IMG/VR virus record: IMGVR_UViG_3300028765_000034
Span: 1 to 33,934 of that record
Origin: a virus
Lineage: Duplodnaviria; Caudoviricetes
DNA length: 33,934 bases
Reading direction: 5' to 3' (one strand)
A model generated the notes under the pieces. It was not told the DNA's origin. It did no database searches and was given only the letters and a program-made list of their open reading frames with translations. A program made the translations under genes and the position numbers. Position 1 is the stretch's first letter. Each line of letters starts with the position of its first letter. This document shows, piece by piece, positions 9,556-18,523 of this stretch.

Positions 9556-9765
9556 ATGCCTCCAAAAAACCCACTCCAAAACCTCGGAACCTTCGCTCAT
9601 CCCGCCAAGGCTAAAAAGCCAGCAAAAGCCATGAAGCCCGATGCCGTCAACCCTTCTGCCGTGAAACCAAAAAAGGTATCTGGCCCATCCATGGGTAAGG
9701 GCTTCACTCGCCCCAACCACGAGAACAATTTCGGACGCGTCACAAAGTCGCCGTTCGGAGCATAA
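9556..9765 (+). CDS. Small basic K/P-rich protein
   Basis: Packed ORF, low complexity. Confidence 0.55.
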   Translation: MPPKNPLQNLGTFAHPAKAKKPAKAMKPDAVNPSAVKPKKVSGPSMGKGFTRPNHENNFGRVTKSPFGA

Positions 9766-9787
9766 AAAACAACCAACCCATAAACAC

Positions 9788-10156
9788 ATGAGTCAAGATC
9801 AGGCGGAAAAAAATGAACCGTGCGTTTGCGCGTGCGAAGCAGAGCGCAAACTCACCAAGGCCGAGCGCCTTATTATTGAGGCACAGGCAAAGGTCGATGA
9901 GGCCAATGCCATTAATGAGCACGAGGCAACCATTCAGTTCGTAAAGGGACTGCGTGTCGGCTTTGACGAAAACCTCCAGAAGCTGAAACAGCTTCCTGAG
10001 TCAGTTGAGCTTCAGATCGCGGCAACGCGTATCAAGGAAGGAATTATGTGGCTCGGAATGGAGCTAAAGCGCCTTGGTGAAGCCAATCCTTATCCCAACA
10101 GCTACAACGCTGAAAACGCCACGGTCGATCCGACCGCTGACGGATTGAAATTGTAA
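9788..10156 (+). CDS. Helical-hairpin protein, possibly Acb2/Tad1-like
   Basis: SVELQIAATRIKEGIMWLGMELKR resembles the sponge-family 'aiTklqEa.MW' helix. Confidence 0.45.
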   Translation: MSQDQAEKNEPCVCACEAERKLTKAERLIIEAQAKVDEANAINEHEATIQFVKGLRVGFDENLQKLKQLPESVELQIAATRIKEGIMWLGMELKRLGEANPYPNSYNAENATVDPTADGLKL

Positions 10157-10194
10157 CATTCACCCATCAACCAACAACAAACACATCCATACCC

Positions 10195-10788
10195 ATGTCT
10201 GAAGAAACCACCACGGCTCCAGAGCAGCCAACCAACGTCGTCGAAGGCAACCTCGGTGCCGCCGCATCTCCCGGGCCAGCCGAGCCCGTACAGGAAGCCC
10301 CAGAGCAGCCATTGAGTGGTTCTGGACTCCCTCCTGAGTACGTCGCCGCCCTCGAAAAAGCCAACACTCACCACATCTTTGGTGAGATCAAGAACCACGT
10401 CGCCAATTTTGGCTACACCATGCTTTCCGGCTTCAAGGCGCTTGAGCACATCATCATGCGCGACTCGGCGGCACACGCCGACGCCAGTTCCGCGTGGGAT
10501 CGCGTTGAAGCAGCCCTTGATCAGGCTGGTGCCAACTTCGAGGATGAGAAGGCCGCAATCAAGGCTTGGTTCCGCGCTAGTGACCCTCGCCCTCCGATCC
10601 TGACACAGCCACAGGCCCCAACCGACCCAGTTGCCGACCCGGCAACCGACCCAGTTGCTGAAGCCACGACAGAAACGCCCGCAAACGAATCAGTTGTAGA
10701 GCCGGTCGCAGAACCTGTGTCGGAAGCTCCAGCAGAAACTCCACTCGTGGAGTCCGCGCCTGAAGTCCCGAATATCCGCTTGGAATAA
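10195..10788 (+). CDS. Acidic P/A/E-rich hypothetical protein
   Basis: Low-complexity termini with TDPVA repeats. Confidence 0.7.
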   Translation: MSEETTTAPEQPTNVVEGNLGAAASPGPAEPVQEAPEQPLSGSGLPPEYVAALEKANTHHIFGEIKNHVANFGYTMLSGFKALEHIIMRDSAAHADASSAWDRVEAALDQAGANFEDEKAAIKAWFRASDPRPPILTQPQAPTDPVADPATDPVAEATTETPANESVVEPVAEPVSEAPAETPLVESAPEVPNIRLE

Positions 10789-10930
10789 CAATCCATGTCC
10801 GTCCGCAAGGATCATCGCGCACCAACGCGCCTTGCTCCTGTCTGGGAGACCCTGAAGTGGAAATCTCCCAGACCTGCGGCGGAGGTGTTAAAATCACCAG
10901 AATCCAATCAATCAAAACCAAAACTTATCA

Positions 10931-11830
10931 ATGAAAAAAACCATCTACATAGCAGGGCCAATGCAAAATTGCCCTCTTTTCAATTTCCCAGCATTCGACG
11001 CGGCGCGTGATAAACTCATAGCAGAAGGCTGGAACGTCATTTCCCCAGCCGACCTTGATCGTGCTATTGGATTTCACGAAACATTCCCCGCGAGCCAAAT
11101 AAATACAGCTTTCCTTGATGAGGCCCTCAAGCGAGATGTCGATGCCATACTGAAAAGCGATGCCATTTACATGCTTCGAGGCTGGAAAAATTCAACTGGA
11201 GCTACCGCTGAATACTGGCTTGCCAAATGGAGGCATATCGAAATCATTGAGCAGCCAACTCCAAAAATCATCGCCTTCACCGGCAAGGCTGGATCGGGAA
11301 AAAACCTTGCCGCCAGCCTGCTTCCGCAGGGATTGGAATATGGCTCATGGGATGAAATTGCATTTGCTGGCCCGTTGAAAAGCATGATTCATGTGCTGAT
11401 GGGAAACTTGACGCATAGCCATCAAGCGTACCGCGATCACCGAGACGGAATTAACCAGCCGTCCAAAGAGGAAGAAATCCCACACCTCAGGAAGTCGCTT
11501 CGCCAAATAATGCAGACACTCGGAACTGAATGGGGTAGAGAAATGGTTTGTGACGACCTTTGGATTCAGTGCTTCCGAGCCAGCGTTGCCCGCATACGCG
11601 AGTTTTGCCCGGACGCCAACATTGTTGTCACCGACCTTCGATTTCCCAACGAAGAAAAGTGTATCCGCGAAATGGGCGGAACAATCATTCGCATCGTACG
11701 CTCCAGCCGTAAAGACGTGGCCTCACATAAAAGCGAAGAGCAGCCCATCTCCGCTGATCATGTCATCTACAATGATGGATCACTTGAAGACCTGAAGGTA
11801 GAAGTGGACAAAATCATCAACACAAAATGA
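10931..11830 (+). CDS. DUF4406/nucleoside deoxyribosyltransferase-like domain fused to a dNMP kinase
   Basis: N-terminal IYIAGPM...NFPAF...SPA...DAIYMLRGW..S.GA..E. C-terminal GKAGSGK, FAGPLK, RQIMQTLGTEWGR, TDLRFPNE (T4 gp1-like). Confidence 0.85.
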   Translation: MKKTIYIAGPMQNCPLFNFPAFDAARDKLIAEGWNVISPADLDRAIGFHETFPASQINTAFLDEALKRDVDAILKSDAIYMLRGWKNSTGATAEYWLAKWRHIEIIEQPTPKIIAFTGKAGSGKNLAASLLPQGLEYGSWDEIAFAGPLKSMIHVLMGNLTHSHQAYRDHRDGINQPSKEEEIPHLRKSLRQIMQTLGTEWGREMVCDDLWIQCFRASVARIREFCPDANIVVTDLRFPNEEKCIREMGGTIIRIVRSSRKDVASHKSEEQPISADHVIYNDGSLEDLKVEVDKIINTK

Positions 11831-12174
11831 AAGACTGGCTGTTCTCTCGTCTTTACAAGTGGTTCGTATGGCCATTCGTCATGCGCTCCATGGCTCGCGA
11901 TGCCACAAAATCTATCATCTCTGACGGCGAGGTTGTGCTGGAATGGTGGGTGGATGGCAAGAGGACAGCCAGCGCTGGCTCGGGAGGGCTGAAGCAGGCA
12001 TGGAACTCAGGAATTTCTAAAGAGTATGGGAAATACGATCGCGACTTCGACGAGACATTAAATCCGATAACCCAAGCATTCCCGAAAGAGTTTTCCACCA
12101 CAGGAATCGACAGGATCACCCGAAAATACCGCTCAACTGACGGAGATGGCGGATGCGAAGAAATTACAACGTAA
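11827..12174 (+). CDS. Hypothetical protein
   Basis: ATGA overlap. Confidence 0.55.
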   Translation: MKDWLFSRLYKWFVWPFVMRSMARDATKSIISDGEVVLEWWVDGKRTASAGSGGLKQAWNSGISKEYGKYDRDFDETLNPITQAFPKEFSTTGIDRITRKYRSTDGDGGCEEITT

Positions 12175-12185
12175 GACAATATCCT

Positions 12186-12359
12186 ATGAGTGAAATCATT
12201 CCAAAATCTCAAATGAGCTGGGGGGCCGGGAAAGGTGATTGGGAAAGACCCATCGACCCCAAGGTTTACAAGGAAAACCTATCCAATGTGAAATTCTCAG
12301 GAAAGCACTCCGGGACGCCAGTTCGCAAGAAACTCGGGAAGACGACGTACAAGTATTAG
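12186..12359 (+). CDS. Small phage protein (GKGDxxRP motif)
   Basis: ATG 8 nt after the TAAGAC motif; GAGKGDWERP. Confidence 0.6.
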   Translation: MSEIIPKSQMSWGAGKGDWERPIDPKVYKENLSNVKFSGKHSGTPVRKKLGKTTYKY

Positions 12360-12397
12360 GTCGTAGAGCTAGTATTCATGGGCGTCTGTGGCCCATG

Positions 12398-12452
12398 AAA
12401 ATAATTGAAAGTTTTTCTCGACAGTTTCTGTGGTTGGGTTATTTTGGGTCTC
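12398..12452 (+). promoter_or_regulatory. Promoter of the repeated family
   Basis: AAAATAATTGAAA...TCGACA(12418)-N16-TATTTT, with GTTGGGTT in the spacer and TCTCG downstream. Confidence 0.55.
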
Positions 12453-12484
12453 GAAAGTTAATCAATCAATCAATTCATAAATAA

Positions 12485-13264
12485 ATGAAACTTCAAATTA
12501 CCCATCGTTTAGATTCATCCAAAGTGCTGTTTAAGGGAGATGCAGATTCAATTCTCGCATTGCTCAAAATGGCAATTTCATCCGGTGCCAACCTGTCCGG
12601 TGCCAACCTGTACAGTGCCGACCTGTCCGGTGCCGACCTGTCCCGTGCCGACCTGTCCGGTGCCAACCTGTCCGGTGCCAACCTGTCCGGTGCCAACCTG
12701 TACAGTGCCGACCTGTACAGTGCCGACCTGTCCGGTGCCAACCTGTCCGGTGCCAACCTGTCCGGTGCCAACCTGTACAGTGCCGACCTGTCCCGTGCCG
12801 ACCTGTCCGGTGCCAACCTGTCCGGTGCCAACCTGTACAGTGCCGACCTGTCCGGTGCCGACCTGTCCGGTGCCGACCTGTCCCGTGCCGACCTGTCCGG
12901 TGCCAACCTGTCCGGTGCTTTGAATGCGGATCTTGTTATCGCCAGAACCCGCATTCTCGGGGAAGGTGACTTGATTGGATGGAAGAAATGCCAATACGGT
13001 AAAATCGTCAAACTACTTATTCCCAAAGATGCGAAACGATCTCACGCATTTGGCAGAAAATGCCGCGCTGAGTACGCCGATGTATTGGAAATCTCGGAAG
13101 GCAAAACTGCTAAAAGCAATAGTGATACAAACAGCAGTGTAAAACCTCTTACCTATAAGGCTGGAGAGAGGGTTGTAGCACATGAATGGTGCGAGGATTT
13201 CACACAAGAATGCGCCGCAGGAATCCATTTTTACATCACCGAAATCGAGGCGAAGAATCACTAA
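12485..13264 (+). CDS. Pentapeptide-repeat protein with DUF5758-like C-terminus
   Basis: A(N/D)LS(G/R) repeats, then IGWKKC...KCRAE.A.V...[11 protein letters not shown]. Confidence 0.9.
   Translation: MKLQITHRLDSSKVLFKGDADSILALLKMAISSGANLSGANLYSADLSGADLSRADLSGANLSGANLSGANLYSADLYSADLSGANLSGANLSGANLYSADLSRADLSGANLSGANLYSADLSGADLSGADLSRADLSGANLSGALNADLVIARTRILGEGDLIGWKKCQYGKIVKLLIPKDAKRSHAFGRKCRAEYADVLEISEGKTAKSNSDTNSSVKPLTYKAGERVVAHEWCEDFTQECAAGIHFYITEIEAKNH
12581..12918 (+). repeat. 15-bp tandem repeat (22 full units plus a partial one)
   Basis: Units of the form TCCGGT/TACAGT/TCCCGT + GCC(A/G)ACCTG. Confidence 0.95.
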
Positions 13265-13282
13265 TCTAACCCAATAAATCCC

Positions 13283-14362
13283 ATGTATACAGGAATCGAC
13301 ACAATCACCCTCTCAAAAGCCATCAGCGATGCTGGCTCCGTCTTCCCAGTCCAGCGCGACTACATCACCGCTAAGGCGGAGGCGATGTTCCTTCGATGGA
13401 CATACGCCTTCCTGCCTGTGCTGGAGGTTCACGATGTTCTGGAGGTGGAGAGCGAATTTGCATTCGAGCTCCTGAACCCCGAGACGGGCGGATCATCTAA
13501 GACCTTCCTTGAGGCTGGCAAAAAGGATGGCGTCCTCCGTCATCGTGCCACCCGGGAGATCAAGCTGCTGGAGCACAAGACGACCAGCGACCAGATTGGC
13601 GCTGATTCGGACTACTGGGCAGCTCTCGTAATGGACACACAAATAAGTAAGTACATCATCGACATTTCTCGGCAGTACCCCGAGTGCCGCAGCGTGCTGT
13701 ACAACGTGATGCGCAAGCCCGCTAACCGACCCCTCAATGTTCCAGTTCTCGATGCCGACGGCGTCAAGCAGGTAGTCAACCTCGAAGGCGAGCGCGTCCG
13801 CACCAAGGACGGCAAAAAGTGGCGTGAGTCGGCCAGCGTGGATGACGGCTACTCGCTTGTCACTCGCAAGGAAACTCCCGATGAGTATTACGTCCGCCTT
13901 CACGATGAGATCGAAAGTGATCCCTTCAACTACTTCGTCCAGCGTGAGATCGTCCGATCCAATCGTGACCTCGAGGCGTACATGAAGGACGCATGGTCTC
14001 AGTCGCAGGTCATCCTGTACAACCGCCGCAATGCCCTCTGGCCAAAGAACCCAGATGCCTGCCATCAGTACAGCACCTGTGAGATGTTCAATCTCTGCGC
14101 TGGTCGGGCATCTGTGGACGGCATCAACTACGCCCGGAAAGAGGTAAAGCACGCAGAGCTGTCAGAAAAAACTAACAGTATTTCTGACAAGTCTCTCCTG
14201 ACAAACTCATCCCTGCGAGCCCTCCGCAAATGCCCTCAATACTACTTCCTGAAGTACGAGGAACCCGTGGAGCGCGTTGGGGACGACAAGGAGGCCCTGA
14301 TCCTCGGATCGTATGTCCACGCAGCCATAGAGGCCTTCCTGAAGCCCTTCATTGTATTATGA
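13283..14362 (+). CDS. PD-(D/E)XK RecB/Cas4-like exonuclease, apparently circularly permuted
   Basis: VESEF, AGKKDGV, LLEHKTT, TQISKY, C-x5-C-x5-C. The family's usual N-terminal motif (LTNSSL...CPQYY...LGSYVHAAIE) sits at the C-terminus. Confidence 0.8.
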   Translation: MYTGIDTITLSKAISDAGSVFPVQRDYITAKAEAMFLRWTYAFLPVLEVHDVLEVESEFAFELLNPETGGSSKTFLEAGKKDGVLRHRATREIKLLEHKTTSDQIGADSDYWAALVMDTQISKYIIDISRQYPECRSVLYNVMRKPANRPLNVPVLDADGVKQVVNLEGERVRTKDGKKWRESASVDDGYSLVTRKETPDEYYVRLHDEIESDPFNYFVQREIVRSNRDLEAYMKDAWSQSQVILYNRRNALWPKNPDACHQYSTCEMFNLCAGRASVDGINYARKEVKHAELSEKTNSISDKSLLTNSSLRALRKCPQYYFLKYEEPVERVGDDKEALILGSYVHAAIEAFLKPFIVL

Positions 14363-14368
14363 ATAATT

Positions 14369-14453
14369 TGAACCAAGGGAACTGGCGTAAGCGGGGTGGT
14401 GTTTCATTTGTGCGCCACGCCAAGACGAAAGGTTTGTACCGGCCCTTGGTTCA
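14369..14453 (+). ncRNA. Candidate structured RNA or cis-element
   Basis: Perfect 11-bp closing stem TGAACCAAGGG/CCCTTGGTTCA enclosing inner hairpins; intergenic. Confidence 0.45.
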
Positions 14454-14488
14454 TCCACTCACCAACCAACCCAAAATAAACAAACACC

Positions 14489-14767
14489 ATGCAACGTCAA
14501 AACCACAACAGTATCGGCCTAGTCAACCAAATGGAGCGCGGATACCGCCGTATCCTTATCGCGATGGCCATCGCGTCATCGTCATCTGGCTTCGGCCTGT
14601 TCGATAAGATTGGAAAATTCGCTCGCAAGGGGCGCATCCGCTTTAAGGATTATTACGATCCAAAAACCCGCGAGATCGATCGCATGATCAAGCGCCGGTC
14701 TCTCGACGCTTGGGCTGCATCGCAAAATTATGCAGGTTGGGCTGGACACCCAAACTCGCCTCAGTAA
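14489..14767 (+). CDS. Hypothetical protein
   Basis: A/C-rich leader. Confidence 0.55.
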   Translation: MQRQNHNSIGLVNQMERGYRRILIAMAIASSSSGFGLFDKIGKFARKGRIRFKDYYDPKTREIDRMIKRRSLDAWAASQNYAGWAGHPNSPQ

Positions 14768-14798
14768 TAGTCCACATCCACATCAAACCAATACATCA

Positions 14799-15035
14799 AT
14801 GAACCAACGTCTCGCTACCTGTGGTTGCGCTGAAACCATCATCAATGGTCGGCGTCTTCCGTTCGTCCCGTTCCATGATTGTGAGTACATCCACAATCGC
14901 AATCTCCGCATTCCAACAGCAACCAAGCTGGCGGAAAAATCATCAGGCGATCCCAAGTCGGAAGGCTTTGGACGCCGCTTCACACAAGCATTCAGCAACC
15001 ACATGGATCGCCTCAGTGCCGTCCTCCTTAAGTAA
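14799..15035 (+). CDS. Hypothetical protein
   Basis: ATG at 14799 after an A/C-rich leader. Confidence 0.6.
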   Translation: MNQRLATCGCAETIINGRRLPFVPFHDCEYIHNRNLRIPTATKLAEKSSGDPKSEGFGRRFTQAFSNHMDRLSAVLLK

Positions 15036-15041
15036 AACATC

Positions 15042-15941
15042 ATGAGTATCCTCGACAACATCAAACGCGGCGGTCAAAACCTCCCGCCTCGCGTCCTTCT
15101 CTGCGGGCCTGAAGGTATCGGCAAGAGTTCTTTTGGAGCCGCATTTCCTGACCCTCTCTTTCTGGCACCAGAGGAAGGTCTCACTGGGCTCGACCATGTC
15201 GCGCATCTTTCCCCGGCATCGTGGGAAGAGGTGCTCGATACTGTCCAAGCGCTGACGGTAGATGCACATGGCCACAAGTCATTCGTCATCGACACCAGCG
15301 ACTCACTGGAGCGCCTACTGCACGACTACCTTGTTCGCAAGGCTAACTCGCCAAAGATTCAGTCGATCGAGGACGTTGGTGGGGGCTGGCAGAAAGGTTA
15401 CAAGGCGGCGGAACAGGAGCTTTCTGTTCTTCTCCAAAAACTCGATCTGCTTCGCGCTCGCCAGAATATGTCGATTGTCATCCTCTCCCATGTTGAAATC
15501 AAAAACTTCATGTCGCCAGACGGCACCGCATGGGATCGCTACCAACTCAAAGGACACAAGTTCTTTACAGCTCTCCTGCGCGAATGGCCAGACGCCTGCC
15601 TATTCGCCACCTATGAGGTTTTTAAAATGAAGGAAGGACGCAGCGAGAAGGCTATCGCCGGGGATCGCGTGATCCACACCAACTGGAGCCCTGCATGGGA
15701 AGCCAAGAATCGCCTTGGATTGCCTGATGTGCTTCCATTGGATTACGAAGTTTTCATCAGGGAGGTTGAGAAAAACAGCCCTCCATCGCTTCGTAAAAAA
15801 TTCCTCGAACTGCTCGAAACATCCACGCTGGATGCCGAGACGAGGAAAGCATGGGTTAAAACCCCAATTGAGCAAGTTGCCCCTGATCGTATCAGGGCAG
15901 GAATCGCGAAGCTGGAAAATCTCCAGCCAGCGAAAAAGTAA
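15042..15941 (+). CDS. Sak4-like AAA_24 ATPase (recombinase)
   Basis: Walker A GPEGIGKS, Walker B FVIDT, GGGWQKGY, ILSH, AKNR. Confidence 0.88.
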   Translation: MSILDNIKRGGQNLPPRVLLCGPEGIGKSSFGAAFPDPLFLAPEEGLTGLDHVAHLSPASWEEVLDTVQALTVDAHGHKSFVIDTSDSLERLLHDYLVRKANSPKIQSIEDVGGGWQKGYKAAEQELSVLLQKLDLLRARQNMSIVILSHVEIKNFMSPDGTAWDRYQLKGHKFFTALLREWPDACLFATYEVFKMKEGRSEKAIAGDRVIHTNWSPAWEAKNRLGLPDVLPLDYEVFIREVEKNSPPSLRKKFLELLETSTLDAETRKAWVKTPIEQVAPDRIRAGIAKLENLQPAKK

Positions 15942-15968
15942 ACACCCAACAATAAGGAAAACAGACAC

Positions 15969-16520
15969 ATGAACCAGCACGGTTATTTAGACAAGGCGGG
16001 CGAATTTATCGTCCGCGTGGAACCTCGGTATGACTCTTGGTGGACAACCTCCAAGAACGGATCAGCAGGACTCAGGCTCACCCTCATCGTTGATGAAGGC
16101 CCAGAGGAAGGCGCAAAAACCGAATACACGGGATGGTTGACCCCTGCGGCAGAAGATCGCACGATTACGACCTTCGCCAAGGTGTTCGGCATTGACATCG
16201 CCAACGGCGACATTGATTCCCTGATTGGAAGAAGGGCTCGGGTCTCGGTTGAGATGGAGGAGTACGACGGAAAGATTCGCGCCAAGGTGGCGTGGCTCAA
16301 TCCTCTTGAGGGGGGAGGTGGAAATACCGCTCCAGAACCATCTAAGCTCGACTCCATCCTGAGCCGCCTGCGGAGCAAATCCAAGCATATTACCAGCAAG
16401 GTGTTGGAAGAGAGCGGACTTCCGGCTCCAGAGAATACAAGGAGTCGCGCACCTATCGCAGATTCTGACCTCCCATGGCCAGATGGAAGCGAGAAGGTAG
16501 GGTCAGACGTTCCGTACTAA
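15969..16520 (+). CDS. DUF669-like single-stranded DNA-binding protein
   Basis: OB-fold-like pattern with acidic tail ending SDVPY; follows the Sak4-like gene. Confidence 0.7.
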   Translation: MNQHGYLDKAGEFIVRVEPRYDSWWTTSKNGSAGLRLTLIVDEGPEEGAKTEYTGWLTPAAEDRTITTFAKVFGIDIANGDIDSLIGRRARVSVEMEEYDGKIRAKVAWLNPLEGGGGNTAPEPSKLDSILSRLRSKSKHITSKVLEESGLPAPENTRSRAPIADSDLPWPDGSEKVGSDVPY

Positions 16521-16525
16521 ACGCC

Positions 16526-16723
16526 ATGGGAGCCACCGTCACAAAACGAGAGGCTTCCCTTGAATCAAAATATCCTTGCCGTGATTGCGAGCGCGTAATC
16601 ACTGGCAAGGAGGTTCAGGAAGGAGTACAAGTCTATTACGCCGACAGACACCGAGACCCACTACTGACAACCTATCGTTGCTCAGAGTGCTTCGACGATC
16701 GCCTTCAATCATTTCACCATTGA
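16526..16723 (+). CDS. Small zinc-finger protein
   Basis: CRDC...CSEC. Confidence 0.55.
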   Translation: MGATVTKREASLESKYPCRDCERVITGKEVQEGVQVYYADRHRDPLLTTYRCSECFDDRLQSFHH

Positions 16724-17004
16724 AAATCGCAGAGAAAATAATTCAAAAGGCAATCACAAGTTGTCTTGATAGGCTGGGGATTCCCCACATCTGTCCGCCG
16801 ATGTACATGCGATCAACCCTCCCGGTTGGTTGGCCTGACCTCACGTTCGTTGTGAAGGGAATCCCTTATGCCGTCGAAGTCAAAACAGCCGTAGGTAAGC
16901 GCAGTAAAGAGCAAATCGAGATGCACGAGCGCCTATCGCGCAACGGCTGGCATGTTCACACCGTCCGATCTCTCGATGAATTTCTGAAAGTCATCAACCC
17001 TTGA
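16720..17004 (+). CDS. VRR-NUC nuclease/resolvase
   Basis: EKIIQ...GWPDL...VEVKT..GK.S.EQ. TTG start; the stop codon comes from the IS right end. Confidence 0.85.
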   Translation: MKIAEKIIQKAITSCLDRLGIPHICPPMYMRSTLPVGWPDLTFVVKGIPYAVEVKTAVGKRSKEQIEMHERLSRNGWHVHTVRSLDEFLKVINP

Positions 17005-17170
17005 CATCCTCCCCGGCCTGAAGGCGCGGGGATTCCAAGAATACAAATATGCTAGACATTTGCAGAGCTAGGTTGGTTGACACTTCGACGAGCATTGCGC
17101 GCCGAGGCCGAAGCCTTGGCGTGACTGATATGCTCTCCATGTCCTTTAACCGGCTGTCCACCGGCAAATT
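16981..17170 (-). ncRNA. Predicted omegaRNA/reRNA with guide GGGUUGAUGACUUUCAGAAA
   Basis: Right-end hairpin plus flanking sequence, as established for TnpB. The 5' end is approximate. Confidence 0.6.
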
Positions 17171-18291
17171 GAAGAATGTTTTTCGCGGCATTCTGATCTC
17201 TGTCCAAATGCTCGCCGCAGTTTTCGCATTTGAACTCGCGCACTTCCAAACCAAGGCTGCTGTGTATGTATCCGCAGGAATTGCACCGCCTGCTGCTTGG
17301 GAAGAATCTGTCTGCTACGCGCAACTCGCGGCCATACCAGGCACACTTGTAAGTCAGCATCGAACGGAACTGCCCAAAGCTGGCGCAACTGATATGCTTT
17401 GCGAGTTTGTGGTTCTTGACCATGCCGCGCACGTTCAAGTCCTCGATTGCCAGAACATCGAACCGGCGCACCAAATCTGTGGTGAGCTTGTCCAGTGTGT
17501 CCTTCCGGCAGTTGGCGATCTTGGCGTGCAAACGAGCCACTTTCAACCGCTGCTGATTCCAACGGCCGCTGCCCTTGATGCGACGGGCGAGAACCCGTTG
17601 CAATCTCGCCAGCCTTGCGGCGTGGCGGGCAGTGTGGCGTGGGTTGGCTATTCGAGTGCCGTCACTCAAGGTTGCCAAACGGCTAATTCCAAGGTCAATC
17701 CCGACCTTGCTTCCAGTCTTGGGGAGCGCGGCCTTGGCTGGTTCGTCCAGACAAAGACTCACGAAATAGCGTCCATCCCTGCCCTTGGTTATCGTGCAGG
17801 TAGTAGGCTCGCTCGCGAAACCGCGACTCCATTTGACATGAAGCCGACCGACTTTGGAAATTGTGAGGTTGCGGTTTTCCGCATCCCATTTGAAACCGCC
17901 AGAATGATATTCGGCGGATTGCTTGCCGTGCTTGGAAGCAAACCTTGGATAGGCTGTCCGCTTGGCAAAGAAATTGGAGAACGCAGTTTGCAAGTGCCGC
18001 AATGCCTGCTGCTGTGGGATGCTGGACGATTCACGCAGAAAAGCAAACTCGCCGGTATTACGATGTTTAGTCCAAGCCGCGCTGCTGGCGTTGTAATTGA
18101 CCGGCTTGCCGTCTTTGAAGCTGTCCGTGCGGAGGCGCAAGGCAAAATTGTAGGCGTGCCTGACACAGCCGAACTCCCGCGCCAGTTGCCGCGCTTGGCG
18201 GTCTGTCGGGTAGCATCGGAATGTCATGCGAACTTTCACTTGCAAGAATCTACTCCGTCTTGTAAGGTTTGTCCAATGCTAATTTCAACCC
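17001..18291 (-). mobile_element. TnpB-only IS200/IS605-family (IS1341-like) element
   Basis: The - strand ends in GGAATCCCCGCGCCTTCAGGCCGGGGAGGATGTCAA, a classic right end. No tnpA. Left boundary inferred next to TTTAT. Confidence 0.85.
17052..18239 (-). CDS. tnpB: RNA-guided endonuclease TnpB
   Basis: FRCYPT HTH, RuvC motifs GIDLG, IEDL and DRDQNAA all intact, CxxC-CxxC zinc finger. Likely GTG start 7 nt after TAGATT. Confidence 0.95.
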   Translation of the reverse strand: MKVRMTFRCYPTDRQARQLAREFGCVRHAYNFALRLRTDSFKDGKPVNYNASSAAWTKHRNTGEFAFLRESSSIPQQQALRHLQTAFSNFFAKRTAYPRFASKHGKQSAEYHSGGFKWDAENRNLTISKVGRLHVKWSRGFASEPTTCTITKGRDGRYFVSLCLDEPAKAALPKTGSKVGIDLGISRLATLSDGTRIANPRHTARHAARLARLQRVLARRIKGSGRWNQQRLKVARLHAKIANCRKDTLDKLTTDLVRRFDVLAIEDLNVRGMVKNHKLAKHISCASFGQFRSMLTYKCAWYGRELRVADRFFPSSRRCNSCGYIHSSLGLEVREFKCENCGEHLDRDQNAAKNILQFAGGQPVKGHGEHISHAKASASARNARRSVNQPSSANV

Positions 18292-18304
18292 ATAAATAAA
18301 TCCA

Positions 18305-18523
18305 ATGAACCCAAATAAAAACCCCACACAATGCGAAGCTATCCTCAACTTCCTCCAGAATGGCCATGTCCTGACCGCGCTGGATGCCCTACAGCTCTTC
18401 GGATGCTTCCGTCTGGCGTCTCGCATCCACGAACTCAACAAACTCCCGGGAGTGACCATTGAGAGCAAGAAGGTCGAAGGCGAGAATGGTAAGCACTGGA
18501 ATGAATACAGGATTGCTGCGTGA
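18305..18523 (+). CDS. Winged HTH DNA-binding protein (HTH_39-like)
   Basis: TQCEAILNFL...LTALDA...FGCFRLASRIHEL. Confidence 0.8.
   Translation: MNPNKNPTQCEAILNFLQNGHVLTALDALQLFGCFRLASRIHELNKLPGVTIESKKVEGENGKHWNEYRIAA

Noticed and set aside
10795-11010. 71-aa ORF between genes
   Set aside because: Overlaps the next gene by 80 nt, covers its A/C-rich leader, and has no motif.
12375-12399. TTCATGGGC/GCCCATGAA hairpin as an intrinsic terminator
   Set aside because: No 3' U-tract on either strand; function unclear.
12581-12918. Repeat array as CRISPR or DGR; alternative-frame PVPTC/GTGQV ORFs
   Set aside because: Contiguous 15-bp coding repeats without spacers, no cas or reverse transcriptase gene; alternative frames are artefacts of the repeat.
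13283-14362. Cas4 as part of a CRISPR system
   Set aside because: No array or other cas genes; the context is a Sak4/SSB recombination module.
17049-18299. 416-aa + strand ORF
   Set aside because: Antisense shadow of tnpB with no recognisable motifs. Such shadows are common opposite IS605 tnpB genes.
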